Assembly (NCBI GenBank): GCA_947632455.1
Contig: CANRPK010000001.1
Coordinates: 18,228-82,227 of the forward strand
Direction: 5' to 3'
Length of the DNA: 64,000 nt
DNA from: an uncultured Bacilli bacterium
GTDB taxonomy: Bacteria > Bacillota_I > Bacilli_A > RF39 > UBA660
The notes under the pieces were generated by a model that worked only from the letters and a program-made list of their open reading frames with translations, made no database searches and was not told the DNA's origin. Of this stretch, positions 42,087 through 51,246 are shown piece after piece. Every line of letters starts with the position of its first letter. Position 1 is the first letter of the stretch. The translations under genes and the position numbers were made by a program.

Positions 42087-42115
42087 ATTATAATATCTGC
42101 TATCATTAAAGTCAA
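42087..42115 (-). promoter_or_regulatory. consensus sigma-A promoter (TTGACT-17 nt-TATAAT) for 40531..42039; duplicate of 39899..39927
   Basis: Same conserved intergenic block, including the TTAGAAATTCCTAA palindrome and the ATGAGACAATA motif ahead of the HTH gene. Confidence 0.55.
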
Positions 42116-42176
42116 GAAAAATATTTCTATTTAGCACGTTTTGTTTTTTATAAAATAAATAAATGAGACAATAATC

Positions 42177-42641
42177 TTGGTGATTTCTATGAATTATGAA
42201 AATAATTTAAAAGCTCTAAGAACAGAATTTAACATCTCTCAAAAACAACTTAGTGAAATGTTAGAAATTGATAGAACAACCTACAATCATTATGAAAATA
42301 ATTACATAACTATCCCTATAAAACATTTAATTAAACTTAGTGAATTTTTTCACACTTCAATAGACTATATTTTTGGTTTTACTAATTTACATAATAAATT
42401 ACCCAATATAACCCCTTCTCTTGCTTCTACTCGTCTTAAAGAATTTCGCAAAAATAATAAATTAACTCAAGCCAAACTAGCTGAAATACTAAACACCAAT
42501 CAATCAGTTATTGCCAATTATGAAAGAGGAAGAACACTAATTGCTACTCCATTTTTATATACGATTTGCAAAAAATATGATATATCCGCGGATTACTTAT
42601 TAGGCAGAACTGATGAACCAAAAGTCATAAAAAAACAATGA
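42177..42641 (+). CDS. tandem-HTH (2x HTH_3/XRE) transcriptional regulator, paralogue 2
   Basis: 154 aa; same two-HTH organisation as 40000..40452. Confidence 0.8.
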   Translation: MVISMNYENNLKALRTEFNISQKQLSEMLEIDRTTYNHYENNYITIPIKHLIKLSEFFHTSIDYIFGFTNLHNKLPNITPSLASTRLKEFRKNNKLTQAKLAEILNTNQSVIANYERGRTLIATPFLYTICKKYDISADYLLGRTDEPKVIKKQ

Positions 42642-42652
42642 TCATCTATTTA

Positions 42653-43345
42653 TCATTGTTTTTTATTTATAACATCTAAAAATACATAATTAGCAAGTGT
42701 TAACCCGGCAATTCCTGGTGTAAAAATAGCACTTCCTAAATCTTGATCTGTCTTTAGTGGTAATGCTGCACTAAAGACTACTAAAGTATTTAAATTCAAA
42801 TTTTCTTTTTTAAGTAAATATCTTAATTTCTTAGCCAAAGGGTCATTAAACGTTTTATTTAATTTAGTTACCTGTATTCCCGAAATATCAAGTCTTCTAG
42901 CCGTACCAAGACAAGTAATAATTTTTATATTATTTTCTTGTGCCAATTTTATTAAACCAACTTTAATATCAATATCATCACAAGCATCTATAATATAATC
43001 ATAATCTTTATTTACATATTCTTCCAAATTATCTTTAGTTAAAAATTTATTTATGGCTTCTAAATTAATATTGGGATTAATACTATAAGCTCTTTTTTTA
43101 GCTTCTAAAACTTTAGATTTAGTTAAATTATCTTGAAGAGCAATAATTTGTCTATTTAAATTTGAGGCATCAATTACATCTCCATCAATAATTGTAATAT
43201 TTCTAAAGCCACTTCTAATTAAAGCTTCTAAAACAAAACCGCCAACTCCCCCAACACCAATTAAAAGCACTTTAGTCATAGCGATTTTTTCTAAATCTTC
43301 TTCTGTAATTAACTTTAATAATCTTGAAAACATTTTAAACACCAC
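42653..43345 (-). CDS. tcdA: tRNA threonylcarbamoyladenosine dehydratase (TcdA/CsdL, ThiF/MoeB family)
   Basis: 230 aa; Rossmann motif GVGGVGG; ThiF-family middle region; extended -10 TGGTATAAT upstream. Confidence 0.8.
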   Translation of the reverse strand: MVFKMFSRLLKLITEEDLEKIAMTKVLLIGVGGVGGFVLEALIRSGFRNITIIDGDVIDASNLNRQIIALQDNLTKSKVLEAKKRAYSINPNINLEAINKFLTKDNLEEYVNKDYDYIIDACDDIDIKVGLIKLAQENNIKIITCLGTARRLDISGIQVTKLNKTFNDPLAKKLRYLLKKENLNLNTLVVFSAALPLKTDQDLGSAIFTPGIAGLTLANYVFLDVINKKQ

Positions 43346-43392
43346 TTAAATTATACCAAATAAAAACCCAAAGGAAAAGTCTATTTGTCGAT

Positions 43393-43414
43393 AAAAGCCC
43401 GCGCACTCGCAGGT
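43393..43414 (-). terminator. GC-rich hairpin downstream of the HerA-like gene
   Basis: CCUGCG-AGUG-CGCGGG followed by CUUUUAU on the minus-strand RNA; it is conspicuously GC-rich for this genome. Confidence 0.35.
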
Positions 43415-43611
43415 GGTAAGAAACATACATACTTCTGGATTCTGGCTAATCAATGACCAGCATTCAACTCCATATGTAATTATTCCCCCAATATTATCTC
43501 ATAGTCGGTTTTATGTAAAATAAACTATATCCTCTAGGTAATATTATTATATCATATAACATCAAAATTATTCAATATAGATGACAATTATTTACACTTT
43601 TTCTTTTATAT

Positions 43612-45540
43612 TTAAGAAACAACTCCTGTAGTATTAGGATTAACTCTTGAAGTAACTCTACTTTGAGCTTGCATTTGTCCCGTAATATTATCAGTTGGAA
43701 CACCTTCTGTAACATAATTATTCGCTACTGGTTGAGCATTTATTGGTTTTTCTGCAGGCTTTTGTCCCCAACAACCTGAAACATTACAGTTAGTACTATA
43801 AGGCATAGGATCTGGCATTTCTAGTTTACAAATCATAGGTATTTTAAAAGCTGACCCAAACGCTACACAATTTCCTGGTTGAAGAACTTTTTGTTTTTCA
43901 ATAACATCCGCGCTAATATTTGGAAGCATTTCTTCAATATATTTAATATCTTTAGGGTGTGTCATTTTAAATATTAAGAAATTAGAACATTGCGCAATAA
44001 CTGTATCACTTATTTCAACTGGTCTTTGGCTTATAATATCTAACATAACTCCATATTTACGACCCTCTTTAGCAATTCTATCAAATATATTATAACCTAA
44101 TAAGAAAGTATCTGTATCTTGTTGAATATACCTATGGGCCTCTTCCAAAAATAAATGAAATGGAATACTTGCTCTTTGTTTTAAACCTTTAGCATAATCA
44201 AATAATAATTTAGATATAATTTTAACAATAACTTTAGCCATTGCATCATCAATATCTTCCAAATTTATATTAACAATTTGAGCTTTTGAATTATTTTTTC
44301 GACATAACTCTTCAATAAATTCTTCTACACTTGTATATTTTGAACCATCAAAATAATTATTTACTGGTCCACTTATAATAGTATTAAGTCTTACTTGTAA
44401 AATCATTGCTTCATTATACATTACTTGATTACCTTGAAAACCTTCACTAATTAAAGTAAACTCTAATGCATTAGCTAATTCTTTTAAAGTATAAAAGCTT
44501 TTTTCTGGAATTGCAATTTCTTCAATAGATTCATCGATATGTTTTAAAATATATTCTGTAATTAATACAGATTCTCCAAAATTACCATTAGAATCTATTT
44601 CAAAACATTCACTAAAACTTCTAGTATAACCAACTCCTGGAATTATAGAATCAAAATTAAATTCTTCAGTATGACATACTTCAATTACTTTAAATATTTC
44701 ATTCTTTTTATAACTAGTAGTCATATTACTAAATAAAATAGCAATTAAAGCTTTAGCAATTAAATGATTTTTATATTTAGTTACTTCTTCCCCTTCACTA
44801 GCAAATAATTTAGCATATTTTATACTACGTTCCAAAATAGGTAGTTGGGAATGGCTAGAAGCTTGTAAAAGTAAAGCTACATCATCTAAAGTAAGTAAAT
44901 TAACTGGTATTTTAAGTAAAAAATCTGATGCATCTTGGGGATGGGTTGTAACAAACTTATAACTATAATTTGGATTAATTTTATCTAAAGAGCCAAAAGC
45001 ATTTTTATATTCACCATAAGCATCAAAGAAAAACATATTGGCATTATAAGTAGTCATTTTAGGATTACTAAAAATATTTTGAATAATCCTAGAAACACCA
45101 CAAGATTTACCTGAACCAGAATTTCCAAAAATAGCTAAATGATTAGAAAATAAACTATTTATATCTGGACATATTTGAAATCCTTTATATGTTGCACTTG
45201 TTCCTAAAACAAAGTTTTTATCACTAAGTCTACCTACAATCTCTAATAATTCTTCGCCATTTATTACTCTAATTTTACTAGATAGTAAAGGCTTTCTAAT
45301 AACACCATTTACATATTTAGTACCCATAAATTCACCTAAAAAGCGAATAATAATCTCCTCGCTATTTAATTCTACAACTTCCCCTAAAATTCTTTGATCT
45401 TTATCTTCAAAAATAACATGAATATTCATTAAATCCGCGGTAATAGTATCTTTACTAATATTTTCAACATGGGCTATATTATCACTTATATATAAAATTT
45501 TTCCAAATATCATCTTATCGCACCCTTTTACTATAACCAA
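43612..45540 (-). CDS. HerA/FtsK-like (DUF87-type) P-loop ATPase
   Basis: 642-aa ORF; the likelier start is the ATG at about 45513 with an AAAGGGTG ribosome-binding site. N-terminal beta-barrel-like region, Walker A GNSGSGKS, Walker B with the HerA-type LFLEEAHRY, and a low-complexity C-terminal tail. Confidence 0.7.
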   Translation of the reverse strand: MVIVKGCDKMIFGKILYISDNIAHVENISKDTITADLMNIHVIFEDKDQRILGEVVELNSEEIIIRFLGEFMGTKYVNGVIRKPLLSSKIRVINGEELLEIVGRLSDKNFVLGTSATYKGFQICPDINSLFSNHLAIFGNSGSGKSCGVSRIIQNIFSNPKMTTYNANMFFFDAYGEYKNAFGSLDKINPNYSYKFVTTHPQDASDFLLKIPVNLLTLDDVALLLQASSHSQLPILERSIKYAKLFASEGEEVTKYKNHLIAKALIAILFSNMTTSYKKNEIFKVIEVCHTEEFNFDSIIPGVGYTRSFSECFEIDSNGNFGESVLITEYILKHIDESIEEIAIPEKSFYTLKELANALEFTLISEGFQGNQVMYNEAMILQVRLNTIISGPVNNYFDGSKYTSVEEFIEELCRKNNSKAQIVNINLEDIDDAMAKVIVKIISKLLFDYAKGLKQRASIPFHLFLEEAHRYIQQDTDTFLLGYNIFDRIAKEGRKYGVMLDIISQRPVEISDTVIAQCSNFLIFKMTHPKDIKYIEEMLPNISADVIEKQKVLQPGNCVAFGSAFKIPMICKLEMPDPMPYSTNCNVSGCWGQKPAEKPINAQPVANNYVTEGVPTDNITGQMQAQSRVTSRVNPNTTGVVS

Positions 45541-45566
45541 TTATAACATATTTAATAATCAAAAAA

Positions 45567-45582
45567 AAGAGGTTTTCCTCTT
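45567..45582 (-). terminator. intrinsic terminator after 45584..46588
   Basis: AAGAGG-AAAA-CCUCUU followed by a U8 run on the minus-strand RNA, immediately after the stop codon. Confidence 0.6.
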
Positions 45583-45583
45583 T

Positions 45584-46588
45584 TTATGTTTCTCGCCAAA
45601 TTTCATACCAATTTTTTAAATTAGTAAGACCATCTCCCGCGATATCCTTTATTAATTCCCAAGATAAATGGAAATTTTGTTTTAATTCTGTAAAACCATC
45701 TTTTGCCTGATTGCATAAAGTTGGTTCATTAGTACAAACTTTAGTAGTAATAGTTAAATAAGCTTCTACAATTTTACTTTTGACATTTGTATAAACTTTG
45801 GTAACCCCATTACTTATCGTTTCTTTATATCCTGGAAAATATTGTTCAATTTTTGTATCAAAATATAAAGCCATTCCTAATACTTTAAGTTTAACTGTAT
45901 TTGTTAAATCACTAAACTTATAACCCTTTATAGTTCCATTATAAAATAAAAAATCAACTACACTTACAAAACCTTTTTTTATAGTATTACTATTTTTATT
46001 TTCATCAATACTTACTTTATAATCATTAAAATAAGCTATTACTTCTGTATCTGCATTACCACTATTACCTGTTTCAGTATTATTATCTTCACTATTATTT
46101 AGATCATTATTAGGATTTTTAACCTCTTCATTTTTACTTACTTCATTATTAGGCTTTTCATTAACAATTTTATCCTCTACATTATTTTCTTTATTTTCAT
46201 CATCTATATCCGGAGTTTCATTTTCTGTATCATCCGTATTTATATCTTCATCTATTTTTTCATCACTATTATTTTCATTAACCTTAATTAATTCTTCATC
46301 ACTAATTATAATAGTTTTAGGACTAGCATCATCATTTAAATTACTTTTATCATAACTAAATTTAACTTCATCCCCAACTTGATATATACCTTTAATATTT
46401 TGAATTAAATAATCTTCATCATCTGCTTCAATCATCACATAATTTGGAGAAGCAATTATAACTACTCCCGTAATTTCTTGTAAGTCATCTTTATTATTAT
46501 CTTTAATTAAATAATAAATAACTACTAAAGCACCAATAAAAAGAATAAATAAAACAACTAAAAGAATATTCTTTGTTTTATCCCGCAT
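45584..46588 (-). CDS. membrane-anchored protein with an Asn/Asp/Glu-rich disordered linker
   Basis: 334 aa; N-terminal TM; small beta-rich domain; about 90 aa of low-complexity acidic/Asn-rich linker; C-terminal domain of about 150 aa; GAAAGGGGA ribosome-binding site. Confidence 0.6.
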   Translation of the reverse strand: MRDKTKNILLVVLFILFIGALVVIYYLIKDNNKDDLQEITGVVIIASPNYVMIEADDEDYLIQNIKGIYQVGDEVKFSYDKSNLNDDASPKTIIISDEELIKVNENNSDEKIDEDINTDDTENETPDIDDENKENNVEDKIVNEKPNNEVSKNEEVKNPNNDLNNSEDNNTETGNSGNADTEVIAYFNDYKVSIDENKNSNTIKKGFVSVVDFLFYNGTIKGYKFSDLTNTVKLKVLGMALYFDTKIEQYFPGYKETISNGVTKVYTNVKSKIVEAYLTITTKVCTNEPTLCNQAKDGFTELKQNFHLSWELIKDIAGDGLTNLKNWYEIWRET

Positions 46589-46677
46589 TTTAATCCCCTT
46601 TCAAAACAAATATATTATAACACTTATATTATAAAAACACAAATTAACAAAAAAACAAATTAGTTTTATAATTTGTT

Positions 46678-48108
46678 TTAGTTATTTAATTTTTCATTTA
46701 ATATTTCTTTAGTTAAAACCGGATTAGCTTTTCCTCTTGTATTTTTCATTACTTGACCAACAAAATAATCAAATAAATTAGTTCTACCAGCCTTATATTG
46801 CTCTACTTGATTAGGACTATTACTTATAATATCATCGATTATTTTAATTAATTCATCTCTATCACTTAATTGAGCATTATCACTACTTACATAAGTTTTT
46901 ATCTCTTGTTTTTCTTCCATAGCTTTCATAAATATTTCTTTAGCTTGTTTTGAACTAATAGTTCCATCATTAATCAAATCTACTAAATCTTTAAGTCTCT
47001 TGGGATTTATAAATATATCATTAATACTTAAACCCTCTTTATTAAGATATCCCAAAATCTGTGTAGTAATCCAATTACTTGCTACTTTAGCATCTATTTT
47101 AAGTTTTAAACATTCTTCAAAATAATCAGCAATATCTTTTTCTTTTACTAAAATACCAGCATCGTAAGCACTTAAACCATAATTATTAATATAATCATAT
47201 TTTCTCTCTAAATGTAATCTTGGTATTTGTCTTCTTAACTCTTCCAACCATTCTTTAGAAATTTTATATTTAGGAATATTAGGTTCTACAAAATATTTGT
47301 AATCGATAGCATCTACTTTACTACGCATATGTACCGTTTCCATTTTTTCTTCATCCCAACGTCTAGTATCTTGTGAAACTTCATCATATCTTCCTTGTTT
47401 TTTTAATTCTGTCTGTCTTTTTATTTCGTAATTTATAGCATCTCTTACTCCACTAAAAGAATTAACATTTTTAATTTCTACTCTGGTTCCTAACTCTTTA
47501 GCATCTATATCTTTAATTGAAACATTAACATCACATCTAATTTGTCCTTTTTTAGTATCTGCCTCACTTATCCCACAATAACGATAAACATCTCTTATAT
47601 GTTCTAAAAAAGCTACTGCTTCTGAAGCATTATGTAAACAAGGCTCCGTAACTAATTCTAATAAAGGTACACCTGCTCTATTATAATCAATCGTTGAAGT
47701 ATCAAAATAATGATCTAAGCTAGCTGAATCTTCCTCTAAATGAATATCATGAATTTCAACTGGTACTAATTTTCCTTCCACTTCGATTTCAATCTTTCCA
47801 TTTATACCTACTGGCTCAGACATTTGAGTAATTTGATATCCTTTAGGTAAATCTGGATAATAATAATTCTTTCGATCAAAATACATATATTTAGGTTGAC
47901 TACAATTAAGGATCATACTCATTTTCAAAGCATCCTCTACACATTTTTTATTTACAACTGGCAAAGTTCCAGGAAACGCCATATCTAATGGTGCAATATT
48001 TACATTAGGTGTTTCATCATAAGCATTACGAGCAAAGGAGAATACTTTAGAATTACTTTTAAGTTCACAATGCATTTCCAAACCAATAACTGCGACTTGT
48101 TCTTTCAT
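46678..48108 (-). CDS. gatB: Asp-tRNA(Asn)/Glu-tRNA(Gln) amidotransferase subunit B
   Basis: 476 aa; GatB/YqeY organisation; its start overlaps the gatA stop. Confidence 0.95.
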   Translation of the reverse strand: MKEQVAVIGLEMHCELKSNSKVFSFARNAYDETPNVNIAPLDMAFPGTLPVVNKKCVEDALKMSMILNCSQPKYMYFDRKNYYYPDLPKGYQITQMSEPVGINGKIEIEVEGKLVPVEIHDIHLEEDSASLDHYFDTSTIDYNRAGVPLLELVTEPCLHNASEAVAFLEHIRDVYRYCGISEADTKKGQIRCDVNVSIKDIDAKELGTRVEIKNVNSFSGVRDAINYEIKRQTELKKQGRYDEVSQDTRRWDEEKMETVHMRSKVDAIDYKYFVEPNIPKYKISKEWLEELRRQIPRLHLERKYDYINNYGLSAYDAGILVKEKDIADYFEECLKLKIDAKVASNWITTQILGYLNKEGLSINDIFINPKRLKDLVDLINDGTISSKQAKEIFMKAMEEKQEIKTYVSSDNAQLSDRDELIKIIDDIISNSPNQVEQYKAGRTNLFDYFVGQVMKNTRGKANPVLTKEILNEKLNN

Positions 48109-49562
48109 TATTCTACCTCCTTTGCTATTTGATTTTTATATGGCATTTGTGCTTCTAAAGCATAAGCAATATTAAGTACTTTTTCATCATCATAGCAATT
48201 TCCTGTAATATTAACTCCGACTGGTAAATTATTTACAAAACCATTAGGAATTGTAATAGATGGAAATCCTCCAAAATTAGCTATTTGTAAATGTTCTTCT
48301 AAAACATTAGTATTTTCATCAATTACATCATCAGCTTGTTCAAATAATTTAGCTGGACCACTAGATACTGGCAAAATTAAACCATCATATTCTTTAAAAA
48401 GCTCTTTTATTTTATCTACAATTAATCTTCTAACTCTTTGAGCGTTTTTAAAATATCTCTCTTGATTTTCTTTTTGTAAAATATATGAGCCAATAACAAA
48501 TCTTCTTTTTATTAATGGTGAAAATCCTTTTGTTCTATGTTCCATCATCATCTCGGTAATTTGCTTACTATTACCTCTAGGCCCAAAAATAATTCCTGTT
48601 AAATTTGACATATTACTAGTTGCTTCCGCACAAGATAAAATAACATACACGGCTGGTAAAGCATTAAGTAAATCATTATCTATACTAACTGCATCTACTT
48701 TTATTCCTAGTTTTTTAGCTATATCTAAAGTTTTTTCAAAATTTTCTAAATGTTTTTTTAATTCATCTGTCGCATGCGGATAATTATTTAAATCTACTAA
48801 TTCTTTAATATAAAATAATTTTATATTATCTACATTTCCAGTTAAAGCCTTTTCTAAATTAATTTTGCTAGAATCCCAACTTGTCATATCATTTCTGTCT
48901 TGACCCTTCATCGCATCCACAACAATAGCCGCATCTTCTACACTTCTTGTTAAAACCCCACAATGGTCTAACGAACTAGCAAAAGGAAATAAACCATATC
49001 TTGATAACATCCCATAAGTTGGTTTATATCCCACAATTCCACAATAAGCCGCCGGTTTACGAATAGAATCCCCAGTATCACTTCCTAAAGCATAAGGATA
49101 AACCCCAGCCGCCACCGCACAAGCTGACCCAGCCGAAGAACCAGCACACATTCTTTTTTTACTCCACGGATTTAAAACAGCTCCTGTATGGCATGTTGTA
49201 CCTGTTCCACCCATACCAAATTCATCTAAAGCTGTTTTATTAACCATAACTGCTCCCTTATCAAATAAGTTTTGCACAACACTTGCTGTAAAAAAAGGAA
49301 CATAATTACTTAAAGTATTTGATGAACCTGTTGAAAGAACGTCTTTAGTAGAATAATTATCTTTAACTCCAAAAGGAATTCCTGATAATAATTCATTAGT
49401 TACTTCTGTTTCTTTTACATCATCTAAAATAGTTACAAATGCATTATATTTGTCGGAAACTTCATGAGATTTACTAATCGCTTCTCGAACTAAATCATCA
49501 CTAGTTATTTCTCCTTTTTTTAATAATTCATGTAATTCTCTAATACTTTTATCTAAATACAT
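48108..49562 (-). CDS. gatA: Asp-tRNA(Asn)/Glu-tRNA(Gln) amidotransferase subunit A
   Basis: 484 aa; amidase signature with the GGSSGGSA-like Ser-rich motif. Confidence 0.95.
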   Translation of the reverse strand: MYLDKSIRELHELLKKGEITSDDLVREAISKSHEVSDKYNAFVTILDDVKETEVTNELLSGIPFGVKDNYSTKDVLSTGSSNTLSNYVPFFTASVVQNLFDKGAVMVNKTALDEFGMGGTGTTCHTGAVLNPWSKKRMCAGSSAGSACAVAAGVYPYALGSDTGDSIRKPAAYCGIVGYKPTYGMLSRYGLFPFASSLDHCGVLTRSVEDAAIVVDAMKGQDRNDMTSWDSSKINLEKALTGNVDNIKLFYIKELVDLNNYPHATDELKKHLENFEKTLDIAKKLGIKVDAVSIDNDLLNALPAVYVILSCAEATSNMSNLTGIIFGPRGNSKQITEMMMEHRTKGFSPLIKRRFVIGSYILQKENQERYFKNAQRVRRLIVDKIKELFKEYDGLILPVSSGPAKLFEQADDVIDENTNVLEEHLQIANFGGFPSITIPNGFVNNLPVGVNITGNCYDDEKVLNIAYALEAQMPYKNQIAKEVE

Positions 49563-49879
49563 TATTCTACCACCTTTGGTACTTCTATTTCTCGACCTTC
49601 AACTTGTCCCGCATTTCTTAAAGCATCATTTATTGGAATAGACTCTTCGCTTATATCTTCCCGTAAATCAAAAGCAAAATCATCTAAAGCATGGGTCATA
49701 GGTTCTATTTGGGAAATATTAGGAATTTTATTTACCATATCGATTGATTTATCTATTGCTTCAAATTCATTTAAAACCATTTCATTTTCTTCATCAGTTA
49801 AACCAATTAATAGTTTTTTAGCGTAATCATCAACCATCTCTTTTGTAAATTTACTCATAATTACCTCTAATATTCGCAA
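49562..49879 (-). CDS. gatC: Asp-tRNA(Asn)/Glu-tRNA(Gln) amidotransferase subunit C
   Basis: 105 aa; directly precedes gatA. Confidence 0.8.
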   Translation of the reverse strand: MRILEVIMSKFTKEMVDDYAKKLLIGLTDEENEMVLNEFEAIDKSIDMVNKIPNISQIEPMTHALDDFAFDLREDISEESIPINDALRNAGQVEGREIEVPKVVE

Positions 49880-51234
49880 TTTCCTGGAGTTCTAGGATAA
49901 GGAATAACATCTCTTATATTATCAACTCCTGTAATATAAATTAATAATCGCTCAAAGCCCATTCCAAATCCTGAATGAACACATCCTCCGTATTTTCTTA
50001 AATTTAAATACCATTCCATATCTTGATAATTCATTCCTAAATCATCCATCCGTTTTTTAAGTTTAGTATAATCTTCTTCTCTTTGAGAACCACCCATAAG
50101 CTCACCTGCTCCTGGTACTTCTAAATCTACCGCGGCTACTGTTTTACCATCAGGATTTTGTTTCATATAGAAAGCTTTAATATCCTTTGGCCAATTTTTT
50201 ATAAATACTGGACCATCAAAATATTCTGTAATATATTTCTCATGTTCTTTAGCAATATCTTCTCCATATTCTGGAGGAAATTCCCATTTAACATCGGCCT
50301 CTTTTAATATTTTTATAACCTCTTCATGATCAATTCTTACAAACTTACTATTAACTAGCTTTTCTAATTTAGCTTTTAAACCTTTTTCTACAAAATTATC
50401 AAATAAATTAATTTCTGTAGGACAATTATCTAAAACATATTTAACTACATATTTTAGCATTTCTTCCATAATATCCATATCCCCATTTAAATCACAAAAA
50501 GCTATTTCTGGTTCAATCATCCAAAATTCTGAGGCATGAGTTTTGGTATTGGAGTTTTCTGCTCTAAAAGTTGGGCCAAAAGTATAAGTTTTTTTATAAG
50601 CTAAAGCAAAAGTTTCAGCTTCTAATTGACCACTTACTGTTAAATTAGTCATTTTTCCAAAGAAATCTTTACTATAATCAACTTCTCCTTTTATTTTATC
50701 TATCGGAAGAGTAGTTACTTGAAACATTTCTCCAGCCCCTTCACAATCACTTGCTGTTATAAGTGGGGCATGAAAATATACATATCCTCGATCTTGAAAA
50801 TATTTATGAATAGCATAAGCAGCTATACTTCTTACTCTAAATACAGCTTGAAATAAATTAGTACGAGGACGAAGATAAGCTATTTCTCTTAAAAATTCTT
50901 TTGTTGGACGTCCTTTAGCCTGTAAAGGATAATCTTTTGAACAATCACCAAGTAAAGTTATTTCTCGAGCTTCTAATTCATAATCTTGTTTTCCTTGTGA
51001 TTTAATTACTTTTCCTACAACTTTTATGGCACAACCTACTAAATATTTTTGTACTTCATTAAAATTTTTTAAGTCCTCATTATATACAACTTGAAAATGT
51101 TCTTGACAAGTTCCATCAGCAAAATCAATAAAGCCAAAAGTTTTTTGATCGCGATGATTTCTAATCCAACCTTCCAAAGTTACTTCTTTTTCTAAATATT
51201 TATCTATATCTTTTATTAAATCTCTTAAATCCAT
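49867..51234 (-). CDS. asnS: asparagine--tRNA ligase
   Basis: 455 aa; matches AsnRS along its whole length (LITASDCEGAGEMFQV, TFGPTFRAENSNT, KDIKAFYM, GGSQREE, HSGFGMGFERL). Confidence 0.85.
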   Translation of the reverse strand: MDLRDLIKDIDKYLEKEVTLEGWIRNHRDQKTFGFIDFADGTCQEHFQVVYNEDLKNFNEVQKYLVGCAIKVVGKVIKSQGKQDYELEAREITLLGDCSKDYPLQAKGRPTKEFLREIAYLRPRTNLFQAVFRVRSIAAYAIHKYFQDRGYVYFHAPLITASDCEGAGEMFQVTTLPIDKIKGEVDYSKDFFGKMTNLTVSGQLEAETFALAYKKTYTFGPTFRAENSNTKTHASEFWMIEPEIAFCDLNGDMDIMEEMLKYVVKYVLDNCPTEINLFDNFVEKGLKAKLEKLVNSKFVRIDHEEVIKILKEADVKWEFPPEYGEDIAKEHEKYITEYFDGPVFIKNWPKDIKAFYMKQNPDGKTVAAVDLEVPGAGELMGGSQREEDYTKLKKRMDDLGMNYQDMEWYLNLRKYGGCVHSGFGMGFERLLIYITGVDNIRDVIPYPRTPGNCEY

Positions 51235-51246
51235 CTTTTATTCTCC

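Larger units (their letters stand above)
38258..42650. repeat. tandem segmental duplication (two units of about 2.2 kb) of the module [surface protein (-) | shared promoter/operator block | tandem-HTH regulator (+)]
   Basis: The terminator pairs, the promoter blocks, the 5' and 3' ends of the surface genes and the HTH genes all recur with the same spacing. Confidence 0.7.

Noticed and set aside
31429-42650. CRISPR array or other short-period tandem repeats
   Set aside because: The repeats found occur as only two copies each, kilobases apart, and are gene-end, regulatory or segmental duplications. No regularly spaced repeat-spacer structure and no cas-like genes were seen.
43393-43440. GC-rich patch considered as a tRNA, tmRNA or SRP RNA fragment
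   Set aside because: It has no cloverleaf-compatible arms or T-loop GTTCRA motif. It folds into a simple 6-bp hairpin followed by a U-tract after the HerA-like gene, so I called it a terminator. No tRNA or rRNA was recognised anywhere in the window.
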